Notes: generated by a model from the letters alone, not told the origin. 64,000 nt of DNA from Candidatus Rokuibacteriota bacterium (GCA_900299425.1 OMJU01000060.1:39773-103772); one strand, 5' to 3'. Shown: positions 44,885-54,053, counted from the stretch's first letter. Numbers and translations: made by a program.

Positions 44885-45492
44885 GAAATCAGGGGTTTAA
44901 ATATTGCTTCTGGGTGTAAATCTTCTAATTCATCGATATCGTTTTTCTCTGTTAGAAGAAAAGGTAATTTTGGCTTTAAATTAATTAATGTGTCGTTGAA
45001 AACCGAGGAACTGCTCCAGTTTTTATTTTTGAATAGCTCTGAATTCATCTGAGTCATGCCGATGAGGTAATAACCGCCATCCTTAGCCGGACCGATGACT
45101 GTTTTATAGTGGTCTAAGGCCGTGAAAGCCTGATCAATTAATTCAGGATTTATATCGTATAAATCACTGCCGATGATGATTGCTTTTTTAGCCCCTTGTG
45201 CAAATGATGTTTTTAGTGCATTGGCCATACGTTCACCTAAATCAGCCCCACGTTGATGATCTTTGTGAAAATGAGCTGGGTCAAAGTGATCATTTTGTAA
45301 GATTTGGTGACTGTAAAAAACAATACGCTTTGCCGTTACTTGAGTGGTAACCTTTGCGGTATGTTCCAGAAGGAATTGATAAACTGCAAGTGCTTTTTCT
45401 GCCCCAATTGTCGCTGCCAAACGCGTTTTGCATTGCCCTAATACGGGGTTTTTACAAAAGATGATCAGGTGATTTGTACTGGATGGATTCAT
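44881..45492 (-). CDS. DUF2064 / TIGR04282-like GT-A-fold protein (arsenosugar-cluster-associated)
   Basis: LIIFCKNPVLGQCKTRLA is typical of the DUF2064 N-terminus. DGGYYLIGM is also present. ATG at 45492 is preferred over TTG at 45501. Confidence 0.7.
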   Translation of the reverse strand: MNPSSTNHLIIFCKNPVLGQCKTRLAATIGAEKALAVYQFLLEHTAKVTTQVTAKRIVFYSHQILQNDHFDPAHFHKDHQRGADLGERMANALKTSFAQGAKKAIIIGSDLYDINPELIDQAFTALDHYKTVIGPAKDGGYYLIGMTQMNSELFKNKNWSSSSVFNDTLINLKPKLPFLLTEKNDIDELEDLHPEAIFKPLIS

Positions 45493-45592
45493 AAGATTCA
45501 ATGCAAAGGGCTTACTTCATGCCACGCGCTTTAGAGGGTTTATTCACCAACATTTTACTATTCACTGGGTTAGGTTGCAGGTCTTTTAAAGG

Positions 45593-46093
45593 TTAAAACC
45601 GAGGGCTGCCTCCTTCAATATATTGAGCCCAGTGCTGATCATATCCGTGAATCTCTCGTGTAGGGCGCTGATCATTATCGATTATGGTTCGTCCTTGATT
45701 ATACCAAAGAAAAATACCGCCATAGAGATTGTAAACATTATGGTATCCCAGTTTTTTTAGTTTAACGCCTATTTGCTCTGAGCGCACACCAATAGAGCAA
45801 TAGACGATAATGGGGGTTGCTTTATCAAGATTTAAGGTCTTGAGTTTACTTTGATTAAATTCCTTATAGCCTATAAATTGTGCCTCGGGAAGATGAGAAA
45901 TGGTGAACTCTTTGGCACTACGTGTGTCTAAAAATACCACGCTGTCTTTTTGTTGCCATTGAGCGGCTGTCTTGGTGTCAATATAGGGAATGTCGCCAGA
46001 ATTATAACGCTTTAGCGCTTGATCAATGGGGCTTTGGGCCCATGATAATGCGGTAAAAAAAAGGATTACAAATATGGATAAAATAGGTCTCAT
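45593..46093 (-). CDS. Exported single-domain rhodanese (sulfurtransferase-type active-site loop)
   Basis: Signal peptide MRPILSIFVILFFTALSWAQS and active-site loop CSIGVRS (CxxGxR[ST]). The ATG at 46093 overlaps the arsS stop. Confidence 0.75.
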   Translation of the reverse strand: MRPILSIFVILFFTALSWAQSPIDQALKRYNSGDIPYIDTKTAAQWQQKDSVVFLDTRSAKEFTISHLPEAQFIGYKEFNQSKLKTLNLDKATPIIVYCSIGVRSEQIGVKLKKLGYHNVYNLYGGIFLWYNQGRTIIDNDQRPTREIHGYDQHWAQYIEGGSPRF

Positions 46094-47157
46094 GTTACTG
46101 CTCCTTGACAACTGCTTCCGGCCCCTGCGGTGCATCCATAGCAGTGTTGTGAAATTTTAATCAATCGGCCTTGCATCAGGTCATTTTCATATTCAGCGAT
46201 ATGTTGTCTTTTATCGTTAATGGGTAATTGTAACATTTGGTTGAAGTCGCAATCATAGAGAAAACCATCCCAAGAGACCGATAAAGTATTGAGACACATC
46301 ACTGCACGAGCTGCCGAAGGATTAAAGGAGTCCACCAGAGTCCACATATAATTTTCGTAATTATCCGAGGCAATCAAGTAGTCAAGAAACCTGGAAATCG
46401 GCAAATTAGTCAATGCAAAAAGTCCATTGAACTTGATGGCAAAGCTTTGATCGAGCCGTTGTTTGAAATCTTGACAAAGGGCCTCTTGATTTCCGGGCAA
46501 GAAGGCACCGCTGGGATTGTACACTAAATCTAAAACAAGGGCACTATCTGGCATGCCATAGCCCACAATGTTCAGCATCTTTAATGCTTTTATGGAATCT
46601 TCAAAAACACCCGAGCCACGTTGTCTGTCTGTTTTTTCTTTGGTCCAATGAGGCATACTGCTGACCACATGCACCTTATGCTTGGCAAAAAATTCAGGTA
46701 AATCGTGATATTTTTTATTGGCGACAATTATGGTGAGATTACTGCGCACGATAATTTCTTGAACACCTCGGGCCTTGGCCTCGGAGACAAACCAACGGAA
46801 ATTTGGATTCATTTCCGGGGCCCCTCCAGTAAGGTCTAAAGTTTTTACCCCACTGGATTCCATGACCTTGAGACAATGTTCCATAGTTTCTTTTGTCATG
46901 ATTTCTTTACGGTCGGGACCAGCATCTACATGACAGTGTGCGCAAACCTGATTGCACATATAACCCAAATTGATTTGAATGATATCTAGCTGGGTTGTTT
47001 TTAATGGACCGCCGAGTGTCTGATGAATTTTTTCGCCAAATTTCGGCGCCTGACCATCGGCAAAAATCCCCTGTTCTAAAATTTGTAGTTGGCGCTCAGT
47101 TTCGGCAAGAGGGCTTTGTCGCTTGTGCAGAGATTGTAAGGATTTAATTTGACTCAT
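46090..47157 (-). CDS. arsS: Arsenosugar biosynthesis radical SAM protein ArsS-type (radical SAM/Cys-rich family)
   Basis: CNQVCAHC (CX3CX2C) and a C-terminal Cys-rich block QHCYGCTAGAGSSCQG. 355 aa. Confidence 0.75.
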   Translation of the reverse strand: MSQIKSLQSLHKRQSPLAETERQLQILEQGIFADGQAPKFGEKIHQTLGGPLKTTQLDIIQINLGYMCNQVCAHCHVDAGPDRKEIMTKETMEHCLKVMESSGVKTLDLTGGAPEMNPNFRWFVSEAKARGVQEIIVRSNLTIIVANKKYHDLPEFFAKHKVHVVSSMPHWTKEKTDRQRGSGVFEDSIKALKMLNIVGYGMPDSALVLDLVYNPSGAFLPGNQEALCQDFKQRLDQSFAIKFNGLFALTNLPISRFLDYLIASDNYENYMWTLVDSFNPSAARAVMCLNTLSVSWDGFLYDCDFNQMLQLPINDKRQHIAEYENDLMQGRLIKISQHCYGCTAGAGSSCQGAVT

Positions 47158-47163
47158 TGCAAA

Positions 47164-47493
47164 CTATGAATCCAATTTATTGACCTTGTTCATCATCATC
47201 ACCCCGTGGACCAAACTAGCCCCACTTTTTATCGCAGCGCCCACGTGCACAGCCTCCATCATTTCCTGCTTTGTGATCCCACGTTCAAGGCCATCTTTGG
47301 TGTAGGCGTCGATACAATAGGGGCACATTTCTGTATGGGCCACCGCCAAGGCAATTAGAGATTTTTCGCGCGGAGTTAGCGCCCCGTCTTGAAAAACGCT
47401 GTTGTAATAATCAAAGAATTTTTCTCCAAGGGACTCACTCCAATCAGTGATGCGCCCAAATTTGCGCAGGTCTTTTGGGTCATAATAGGACAT
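47164..47493 (-). CDS. AhpD/carboxymuconolactone-decarboxylase-fold, arsenosugar-associated peroxidase-like protein
   Basis: 109 aa with the CPYC motif inside HTEMCPYCIDAYTK. It lies 6 bp upstream of arsS. Confidence 0.7.
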   Translation of the reverse strand: MSYYDPKDLRKFGRITDWSESLGEKFFDYYNSVFQDGALTPREKSLIALAVAHTEMCPYCIDAYTKDGLERGITKQEMMEAVHVGAAIKSGASLVHGVMMMNKVNKLDS

Positions 47494-47513
47494 AGTTGTA
47501 AACTTTAGAATTT

Positions 47514-47547
47514 AAATCGTTACCGATTCAAGAATTTAAAGATACAA
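47514..47547. promoter_or_regulatory. Direct-repeat / palindrome / direct-repeat element upstream of the arsenosugar array
   Basis: agaatttaaa occurs at 47514-47523 and 47538-47547, flanking aatcg-ttac-cgatt (47522-47535). The element lies 21-54 nt upstream of the ATG at 47493. Confidence 0.3.
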
Positions 47548-47623
47548 TTTCATCCACAAGATGGCTTGTAATTTACCTTTGTTTTAACGCCCAATTAACG
47601 CAATCTATTTAGGGAGTATTGAC

Positions 47624-49273
47624 TCAGCTGAAGTAAATGTATATAGCCGCTACAAGCAAAACAATTAAAGCTCCGATGGGTTTGGTATAAGCCCAGGGCT
47701 TAATGTCTACCTGCTTGGTGTACTCTTGCACATAAGCTACCTCACGTGGGTAAAGCTTACCAATCAGGAGCATAATCAGTACGTTGAGCACAAAAAGTAT
47801 GGCCATAACATCGAGGTAGTGCAGTCCGAAATAGCCTTGAGACTCTATAACTGAGAGCGCGGCAGGGTCTGTGATGCCTTGGGCTTTTGCCGCAGCTAGA
47901 GCCTCACCCACAAAGTGTGGTTTTAAAAAGAACTGACTCAATATGTAGAGTAATGACCCGGAAAGCAACCCTATTTTCGCCGCAATGGCAGGGACTCTTT
48001 TGGTCAGAAATCCTACTACAATAATGGTTAAAATAGGAATCGAATAAATACCGTTGATCTCCTGTAAATAGTCAAAAAGGCTGCCTGCGTTAGCGATAAA
48101 TGGAGCAATAATCATGGCACCAATAGCCAAGGCGATACCAAAGATCTTTCCTTTACTCACGACCGTGGCTTCGTCGGCCTGGGGGTTGATGTGCTGTTTA
48201 TAAATATCTACCCCAAATAAGGTCACCGAACTATTTAAAACACTATTAAATGAACTCAAAATTGCCCCAAAGATGACCGCTGCAAAAAATCCGAGCAAGG
48301 CAGGGGGAAGGACTGCTGCAACGAGTTGGGGGTAAGCCTGATCGACTGAGCTGAGATTTGGAAACATATGATAGGCGATAATTCCTGGGAGGACTACGAT
48401 GATAGGTCCGAGAATTTTTATAAACGAGCCTAAAAGCAGTCCTTTTTGGCCTTCTAATAGGTTTTTTGCACCAAGCGCGCGTTGAATAATTTGTTGGTTT
48501 GTACCCCAGTAAAAGAGCTGTACGAGCATCATTCCCGTGAAAATGGTATAAAAGGGAACAGGGTCAGTACGCTGCCCCATAGACTTTAATTTATCGGGAT
48601 GTTCAGTGGCTAAAACCGATAAGCCATCTAAAATACTGCCCTCTCCGATGGCCATAAGCCCAAGAACAGGGATCAAAAGCCCACCGACCAATAGGCCAAT
48701 GGCGTTAATGGTGTCGGAAACTGCCACTGCTTTTAATCCGCCAAAAACGGCATAAACCGAACCGACCAGCCCAATCCCCCAAACACAGAGGTAGATGGCC
48801 TGAGTGTCCGAGACACCAAAAGCCTTTGGAATGTCAAACATACCGCTTATGGCGACTGAACCGGAATAGAGTATTACAGGCAACAAGACTACCACATAAC
48901 CCGTTAAAAATAACGCTGAGGTGATTGTTTTGGTGGTGGTGTCAAAGCGATTGGCCAAAAATTGTGGTACTGTGGTCAGTCCTCCTTTGAGATAACGGGG
49001 CAATAAAAATAGAGCCGTGACCACCATCGCAATTGCAGCAAGGCTTTCCCAAGCCATAACCGAAAGACCGCTTTCGTAAGCTGATCCATTAAGCCCCACT
49101 ATTTGTTCTGTGGAGAGATTGGTCAACAACAATGATCCTGCGATCACTCCAGCAGTAAGACTGCGGCCCCCTAGAAAATACCCATCGGCACTTTTTTCAT
49201 CTGTTTTTCTCGAGGCCAAATAGGCAATGATGGCAACTAGTGCGGTAAATGCTATGAATGAAATTATGGTCAT
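47624..49273 (-). CDS. Sodium:solute symporter (SSF/SGLT family)
   Basis: 549 aa with about 13-14 TM segments. The N-terminus ADGYFLGGRSL is typical of the SSF family. Confidence 0.85.
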   Translation of the reverse strand: MTIISFIAFTALVAIIAYLASRKTDEKSADGYFLGGRSLTAGVIAGSLLLTNLSTEQIVGLNGSAYESGLSVMAWESLAAIAMVVTALFLLPRYLKGGLTTVPQFLANRFDTTTKTITSALFLTGYVVVLLPVILYSGSVAISGMFDIPKAFGVSDTQAIYLCVWGIGLVGSVYAVFGGLKAVAVSDTINAIGLLVGGLLIPVLGLMAIGEGSILDGLSVLATEHPDKLKSMGQRTDPVPFYTIFTGMMLVQLFYWGTNQQIIQRALGAKNLLEGQKGLLLGSFIKILGPIIVVLPGIIAYHMFPNLSSVDQAYPQLVAAVLPPALLGFFAAVIFGAILSSFNSVLNSSVTLFGVDIYKQHINPQADEATVVSKGKIFGIALAIGAMIIAPFIANAGSLFDYLQEINGIYSIPILTIIVVGFLTKRVPAIAAKIGLLSGSLLYILSQFFLKPHFVGEALAAAKAQGITDPAALSVIESQGYFGLHYLDVMAILFVLNVLIMLLIGKLYPREVAYVQEYTKQVDIKPWAYTKPIGALIVLLVAAIYIYFS

Positions 49274-49302
49274 GGGTTGTAGTTTACGGTTAGTTTATAA
49301 AG

Positions 49303-50268
49303 TTAATCATTTAATATGTCTGAGATAACGTCGGCATAATCCGGTATACGCCCCACATTTTGAAGTTTTATGGCCGCCATTTGAAGTGCCGAAGAAAGAC
49401 ATTTTTCAGGGCTTTGACCTTTGATGTGTCCGTAAAGAAATCCACTCCAAAAAGCATCACCTGCGCCAGTGGCATCCATGATTTTTTCGACTTTTAATGC
49501 GGAGAGCTGCATGACATCAGAACCGCTTGCGCTCAGTTTGGCTCCGTCTTTACCCAGGGTAAAACAGATTATTTTGGCCCCCAGTCCGTGTAAATAATCG
49601 AAAACTTCTTTATGGCTGAGGCCTGGGCCTAACAGTCGATCGACATCGTCTTGACTTATTTTCACCAGCGGACCGTGTTTGCAGTAACGGGCGATGGCCT
49701 CCATAGCTTGTTCACGATTCGGCCAAATTTTTTCACTGTAATTGATGTCAATACTGAGTTGTACCCCTTGCTCGGCTGCACGCTCGGCCGTAGAGAGAAT
49801 TGTTTCCCGAGCGGGCTCCATACTTAAGGCAAAACAAGTGGTGTGATATACTTTACTTGAGCTCAGTAAAGACTCTGGAATTTGGGCAGGATAAATTTCT
49901 TTATCGGCTCCGCGATAAGCAATAAATTCGGGAGTCCCTGCTGTGTTATTTATGAAAATTACAGTACTCGGGATTTTCTCAGCGCGATAAACATGGCGCG
50001 TGTCTATGCCTGCCTCTTCCAAGCGGCTCAGCATATAATCGCCAAAACCATCGTCCCCAATACTAGAAATCATGACCACATTCATCCCTAGTCTTGCTAT
50101 ATTCATGGCTACATTGGTTGGGGAGCCTCCTAGATATCTGTGATAATCTTTGGTTTCATTTATTGGCGCTTCAACCTGGGCTCCTATAAAATCAATTAAA
50201 GTCTCTCCGATACAAATTATATCTGTCTCAGGCGTGTTGCCGTGCTTCATGTCGGGCTGTGAATTCAT
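49303..50268 (-). CDS. PfkB-family carbohydrate kinase (fructokinase-like)
   Basis: GGSPTNVAMN and DATGAGDAFWSGFLYG signatures. 321 aa. Confidence 0.8.
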   Translation of the reverse strand: MNSQPDMKHGNTPETDIICIGETLIDFIGAQVEAPINETKDYHRYLGGSPTNVAMNIARLGMNVVMISSIGDDGFGDYMLSRLEEAGIDTRHVYRAEKIPSTVIFINNTAGTPEFIAYRGADKEIYPAQIPESLLSSSKVYHTTCFALSMEPARETILSTAERAAEQGVQLSIDINYSEKIWPNREQAMEAIARYCKHGPLVKISQDDVDRLLGPGLSHKEVFDYLHGLGAKIICFTLGKDGAKLSASGSDVMQLSALKVEKIMDATGAGDAFWSGFLYGHIKGQSPEKCLSSALQMAAIKLQNVGRIPDYADVISDILND

Positions 50269-50276
50269 CGAATCAG

Positions 50277-51584
50277 TTATGATTTAATGGATGCTTTGGG
50301 CTTAAGTCTCATGGCCAAAACGGCCGCAATTACAAAGAAAACACCCCCAAAAAGTATGGCATTTGTGGCACTTCCTCCCAAAAGATGTTTCATGATTGGT
50401 CCGAAGGTGAGCGTTTCGATACCCATTGGGATTACAATCATCATATTCAAAATACCCATATATACCCCACGACGATCTTGTGGGACAATTTTAGATACCA
50501 TACTGTATGGGATGCCCATCATGGCAGCCCAGCCAATTCCGAATAAAATCATGGGAAATAAAACAGTTATCGGGTCAGTTATAAAAGGAATGGCTAAAAG
50601 TGCAGCGCCAGTGCCGAATAAACTGCCTGCATAAGTTTTCTTGCCTCCAAAGCGCATGGTAATTGGTACCAGCAAAAGTGCGACGATTATGGTTGTAATG
50701 TTATAGGTTGTACTCATTTTAGCAGCCTGACCTAAGGCTTGTCCTGGGTCAAATCCCATAGATTCATGAAAAAGAGGGGCTATATATTGCCAATAGACAA
50801 AAAGAGCATACCATTGAAAGAGGTAAACGCCAGAGAGTTGCCACATAAATTTTGGCATGAGTTTTACCGCCGAAACTATTTCATTAAAAGGAGTTTGAAG
50901 GCGTGTCAAAAAAGGTTCGCGGCGTTCGGCCTCAATGGCATTAAGTTCCTCTTCTGAGGGCGGGATTTCTGGGGTTTTCAATACGGACCACAAAATGGTA
51001 ACAACAGAGAGAATCGCCCCGAGGAAGAAAGAGTAATAAAGCCAAGTCGGGATACCATCATTTGTGCCTCCCGAAGGATCGGCAAACCAATCTTGAAAAA
51101 TAAAGATTGAGGCATTTGCCAATACAATACCCGCGCCGACAAATAGGCTCTGCATTTGATAGCCCATGGTTAGTTGTTTCTCAGGCAACTTATCGCCCAC
51201 AAATGCGCGGTAGGGCTCCATGGCCATATTGTTCCCCACATCGAGAATCCAAAGCAATCCCACGGCAAACCAAAGGCTCGGACTGTAAGGGAAGGCAAAA
51301 AGACAAAGGCTTCCAATCAAAGCACCGATCAGGAAATAGGGCTTTCTTCGGCCCCATTTGGGCGACCAGGTTTTGTCTGAAAGTGCACCAATTATGGGCT
51401 GCACTAAGAGGCCAGTCACTGGTCCTGCTAAATTTAAAATGGGTAATTCTTCCGGGAGTGCCCCTAGGAAAGAAAAAATAGGATTGATTGCTGTTTGTTG
51501 GAGTCCGAAGCTGAATTGAATGCCTAGGAAGCCGACATTCATGTTCCAGATATCCCAGAACGAGAGTTTAGGTTTTTTGGTCAT
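50277..51584 (-). CDS. MFS transporter (GPH/SLC45-like sugar:cation symporter)
   Basis: 435 aa with 12 TM segments. SDKTWSPKWGRRKPY is typical of the sucrose/SLC45-like subgroup. Confidence 0.8.
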   Translation of the reverse strand: MTKKPKLSFWDIWNMNVGFLGIQFSFGLQQTAINPIFSFLGALPEELPILNLAGPVTGLLVQPIIGALSDKTWSPKWGRRKPYFLIGALIGSLCLFAFPYSPSLWFAVGLLWILDVGNNMAMEPYRAFVGDKLPEKQLTMGYQMQSLFVGAGIVLANASIFIFQDWFADPSGGTNDGIPTWLYYSFFLGAILSVVTILWSVLKTPEIPPSEEELNAIEAERREPFLTRLQTPFNEIVSAVKLMPKFMWQLSGVYLFQWYALFVYWQYIAPLFHESMGFDPGQALGQAAKMSTTYNITTIIVALLLVPITMRFGGKKTYAGSLFGTGAALLAIPFITDPITVLFPMILFGIGWAAMMGIPYSMVSKIVPQDRRGVYMGILNMMIVIPMGIETLTFGPIMKHLLGGSATNAILFGGVFFVIAAVLAMRLKPKASIKS

Positions 51585-51734
51585 GATGTTGTTTTTGGTC
51601 GTTTGGTCATTGAGTCATCTGTTCTGAATTCGAAAAAGTGTGAGTCTTCCAGATTCAAAAACGTCTATGACCTATTCAAGATGCACAAAAAATATCAGAA
51701 TTTTTGGCTTTCTGTGCAGGATGTGAACCAAAGT

Positions 51735-51756
51735 TTGCCGAAAACGTTTTCGGCAA
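51735..51756 (-). terminator. Perfect hairpin after the FG-GAP/PAP2 operon
   Basis: ttgccgaaaa-cg-ttttcggcaa is a 10-bp perfect inverted repeat, 13 nt downstream (minus strand) of the stop at 51769. The T-tract is weak. Confidence 0.5.
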
Positions 51757-51768
51757 GCTTTATTGAGA

Positions 51769-52689
51769 TTAATCCAATATGGGCATCAAGAGTTCAGCAA
51801 CCCACTGCATGCTGTCTCCCCCTTCATGGGGATCGTTGCGATAAACCTCAATTACCTCAGAACCTAAACTAATGCCAGTTTGTTGCGCATGATCCAAAAG
51901 GGCATACCAACCCTGCTGGGAAATACGATAATTGCCATTAAAAATAGCCTTGAGGTAGCGTTTTGGTTCGAGCGTTTTAAATCGAACTTCTGGGTCTAAT
52001 GGCCGCAGGGCAGTTGAATCAATCGGGAAACAAAAGTCAAAACTTAAATCCTGTGTTTTGGGATCCCAAGCTGTTACGGTAATGAACGGGTCTCCTTTTA
52101 AGGCAATATTGTTGCCTTTAATGTAATCCATTACCGTACTGATTTGACGCAGCATGCCTTGAGCCTTTAAGGGCGCTTTGGTCTGCACAGGAACAAAGGC
52201 ACAAAACAGGGGACTTATCACAGTATCACTAATACGGTGCACTTTGAAGTTTTTACTTTTATCGATCAACCCCTGAGCGAGCGATTCAGTCAGGGCGATG
52301 CTGGTATTGGGCAGATAACTCTGCCCCACAAGCAAACGCAATTTTTGATTTAGCGCATCTTCTTTATCCGAGAACCGACCTTCGACACGCGTAGTGCTGT
52401 CCGAGATTCGTGCGATTGACCAATCTATAGACATTGCCCCTGAACTGTGCTCGATATCTTGGATGAGTCGGTTATAAAAAATCATCTCAGTATTGGTGGC
52501 ACTCACGGAGTCTTTGGCACTGAATTCTGGCCAGGCCCGCAAATGCTCGAAAACCACACCAGGGGGTTGCTTAGTATTGAAACTTACCTTGTAGTGGTAG
52601 GGAAAAACAAAAAGATAACTCATAAAGACCAGGCCCAAGAAAAAAAGGCAGAGATAAATGAATTTTTGTTTTTTAGGGCGATTCATCAA
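51769..52689 (-). CDS. Membrane-anchored two-domain protein (SRPBCC-like N-domain + GyrI-like small-molecule-binding C-domain)
   Basis: N-terminal TM helix. The C-terminus (EVIEVYRNDPHEGGDSMQWVAELLMPI) is typical of GyrI-like domains. The N-domain assignment is weak. Confidence 0.45.
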   Translation of the reverse strand: MMNRPKKQKFIYLCLFFLGLVFMSYLFVFPYHYKVSFNTKQPPGVVFEHLRAWPEFSAKDSVSATNTEMIFYNRLIQDIEHSSGAMSIDWSIARISDSTTRVEGRFSDKEDALNQKLRLLVGQSYLPNTSIALTESLAQGLIDKSKNFKVHRISDTVISPLFCAFVPVQTKAPLKAQGMLRQISTVMDYIKGNNIALKGDPFITVTAWDPKTQDLSFDFCFPIDSTALRPLDPEVRFKTLEPKRYLKAIFNGNYRISQQGWYALLDHAQQTGISLGSEVIEVYRNDPHEGGDSMQWVAELLMPILD

Positions 52690-52700
52690 TGTGATTTTTA

Positions 52701-54053
52701 TTAATTCTGGGTTGGAAAAAGAGAGTTAACGACTGTATTACCTACAGAGCCCCCTTGTTTTAGGCCAACCTCAATGGCAGCGCGATAATGAATGCCACCA
52801 TACATTCTAGAAATAGCGGCCTCCTGTGCCGCTTTTTCAAATGAATCAAATGATCGTATGGGCAATCCAAAAGGAACTTCAGTATCATCGTCAAAAGCAA
52901 AATCCTGTCCAAAGATTTTGGTTAAAACTGTTGAGGCAGCTCCTGAAACGACGGAATGTCCTGAAGTATATTCCGGAAATGGTGGCGTTTGCAGAACCGG
53001 TTTCCAATTTTCATCGATATATTGATTGATCAGTGTTTCTGGTCTAATCAGGTTACTGCGGTATTTTTCATCCCAGCAGCTGATAAAGGCATCAAATATA
53101 GCCATGGAAGTATAGGTGTAGGCCGAAACTGTTTGGCTAAAATCCAGTCCAGCTTGGTTACAAGCGATTTTGGTTATTCCGATCCAATGGGCTCCTGGAG
53201 TAATTTTTTTGGTAGCAAACATAAGATGCCCTCGCGTAACTGAGACATATGGATTACAATCCCAAAACTGGGCCATTTGGATTTCTTCAGAAGAATCCCC
53301 TTCGGCCTCAATACGCTTACTCGTATCATAGACCTCCATTAATTCACCATAAAACGCGCTGTTTGTTTCAAGGGAAAATACAGGCGGTGGTGTGGGTTTA
53401 AATTGACTCGCAGAGTCCAAGATAAACGGACGAATTTTATTCCAATGGGGTTCGATACCGTCCATATATGCCGGAGGTGTCGGCTGCCAGCGGGCGGGGT
53501 CCTCTGTAATTACCGTAAACTTAGGCATTGTGCGGGTTTGGTTGTATTGGTCTGTATTCATCCAAAGTTTGACGTGCTGTGCCACGGCCAAGCCATATTC
53601 CTTGGCGATGTTGAATTCGGATTTATTTTGTTTGGACCAAATACCGTATAGACTATCGCGATATTGAGCCATACGCTCTTCAGAAAACACCAGTGCCTTA
53701 CTGAGATCCATATGTGCGATCAGCGCAGCGAGCTCGAGATTAATCGTGCTGTCTTTTGCCAAAGGAATAGGTTTGAGATGTTTGATCGCGTGGGTAAGGG
53801 AGTTCATGCTTGCATCTCCTTGAGCTAAAATTTCATGGGCCGCTATATTTGGATAGGCGTATATTCTACTGGCCACAGGGGGTGAAAATATATCATGGAC
53901 CATGATGCTGGTTACCTTGTCGACACTGCTTTGGAAGTCCACTGAGCTGACCACTATTGGTTCGTCAGGGGCACAGCTCACAAGGATAATAACGGCAGCG
54001 ATTAAACTTAATTTCTTAGGATTCAATACGGTAGATTTCAGTGCGTTCATCAT
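52701..54053 (-). CDS. PAP2-superfamily vanadium-haloperoxidase-like lipoprotein
   Basis: Lipobox IILVSCA. All three PAP2/V-HPO motifs are present: KYRSNLIRP (Kx6RP), TSGH, and SRMYGGIHY (SRx5H). Confidence 0.75.
   Translation of the reverse strand: MMNALKSTVLNPKKLSLIAAVIILVSCAPDEPIVVSSVDFQSSVDKVTSIMVHDIFSPPVASRIYAYPNIAAHEILAQGDASMNSLTHAIKHLKPIPLAKDSTINLELAALIAHMDLSKALVFSEERMAQYRDSLYGIWSKQNKSEFNIAKEYGLAVAQHVKLWMNTDQYNQTRTMPKFTVITEDPARWQPTPPAYMDGIEPHWNKIRPFILDSASQFKPTPPPVFSLETNSAFYGELMEVYDTSKRIEAEGDSSEEIQMAQFWDCNPYVSVTRGHLMFATKKITPGAHWIGITKIACNQAGLDFSQTVSAYTYTSMAIFDAFISCWDEKYRSNLIRPETLINQYIDENWKPVLQTPPFPEYTSGHSVVSGAASTVLTKIFGQDFAFDDDTEVPFGLPIRSFDSFEKAAQEAAISRMYGGIHYRAAIEVGLKQGGSVGNTVVNSLFPTQN

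Noticed and set aside
47494-51584. Whether the symporter, PfkB kinase and MFS transporter belong to the arsenosugar array. They share the same strand, and I saw no obvious terminator in the 130-bp gap.
   Set aside because: Their motifs are those of ordinary sugar uptake and fructokinase-type genes, and the 130-bp gap carries its own repeat/palindrome element. I have no sequence-based reason to link them. RNA-seq would settle co-transcription.
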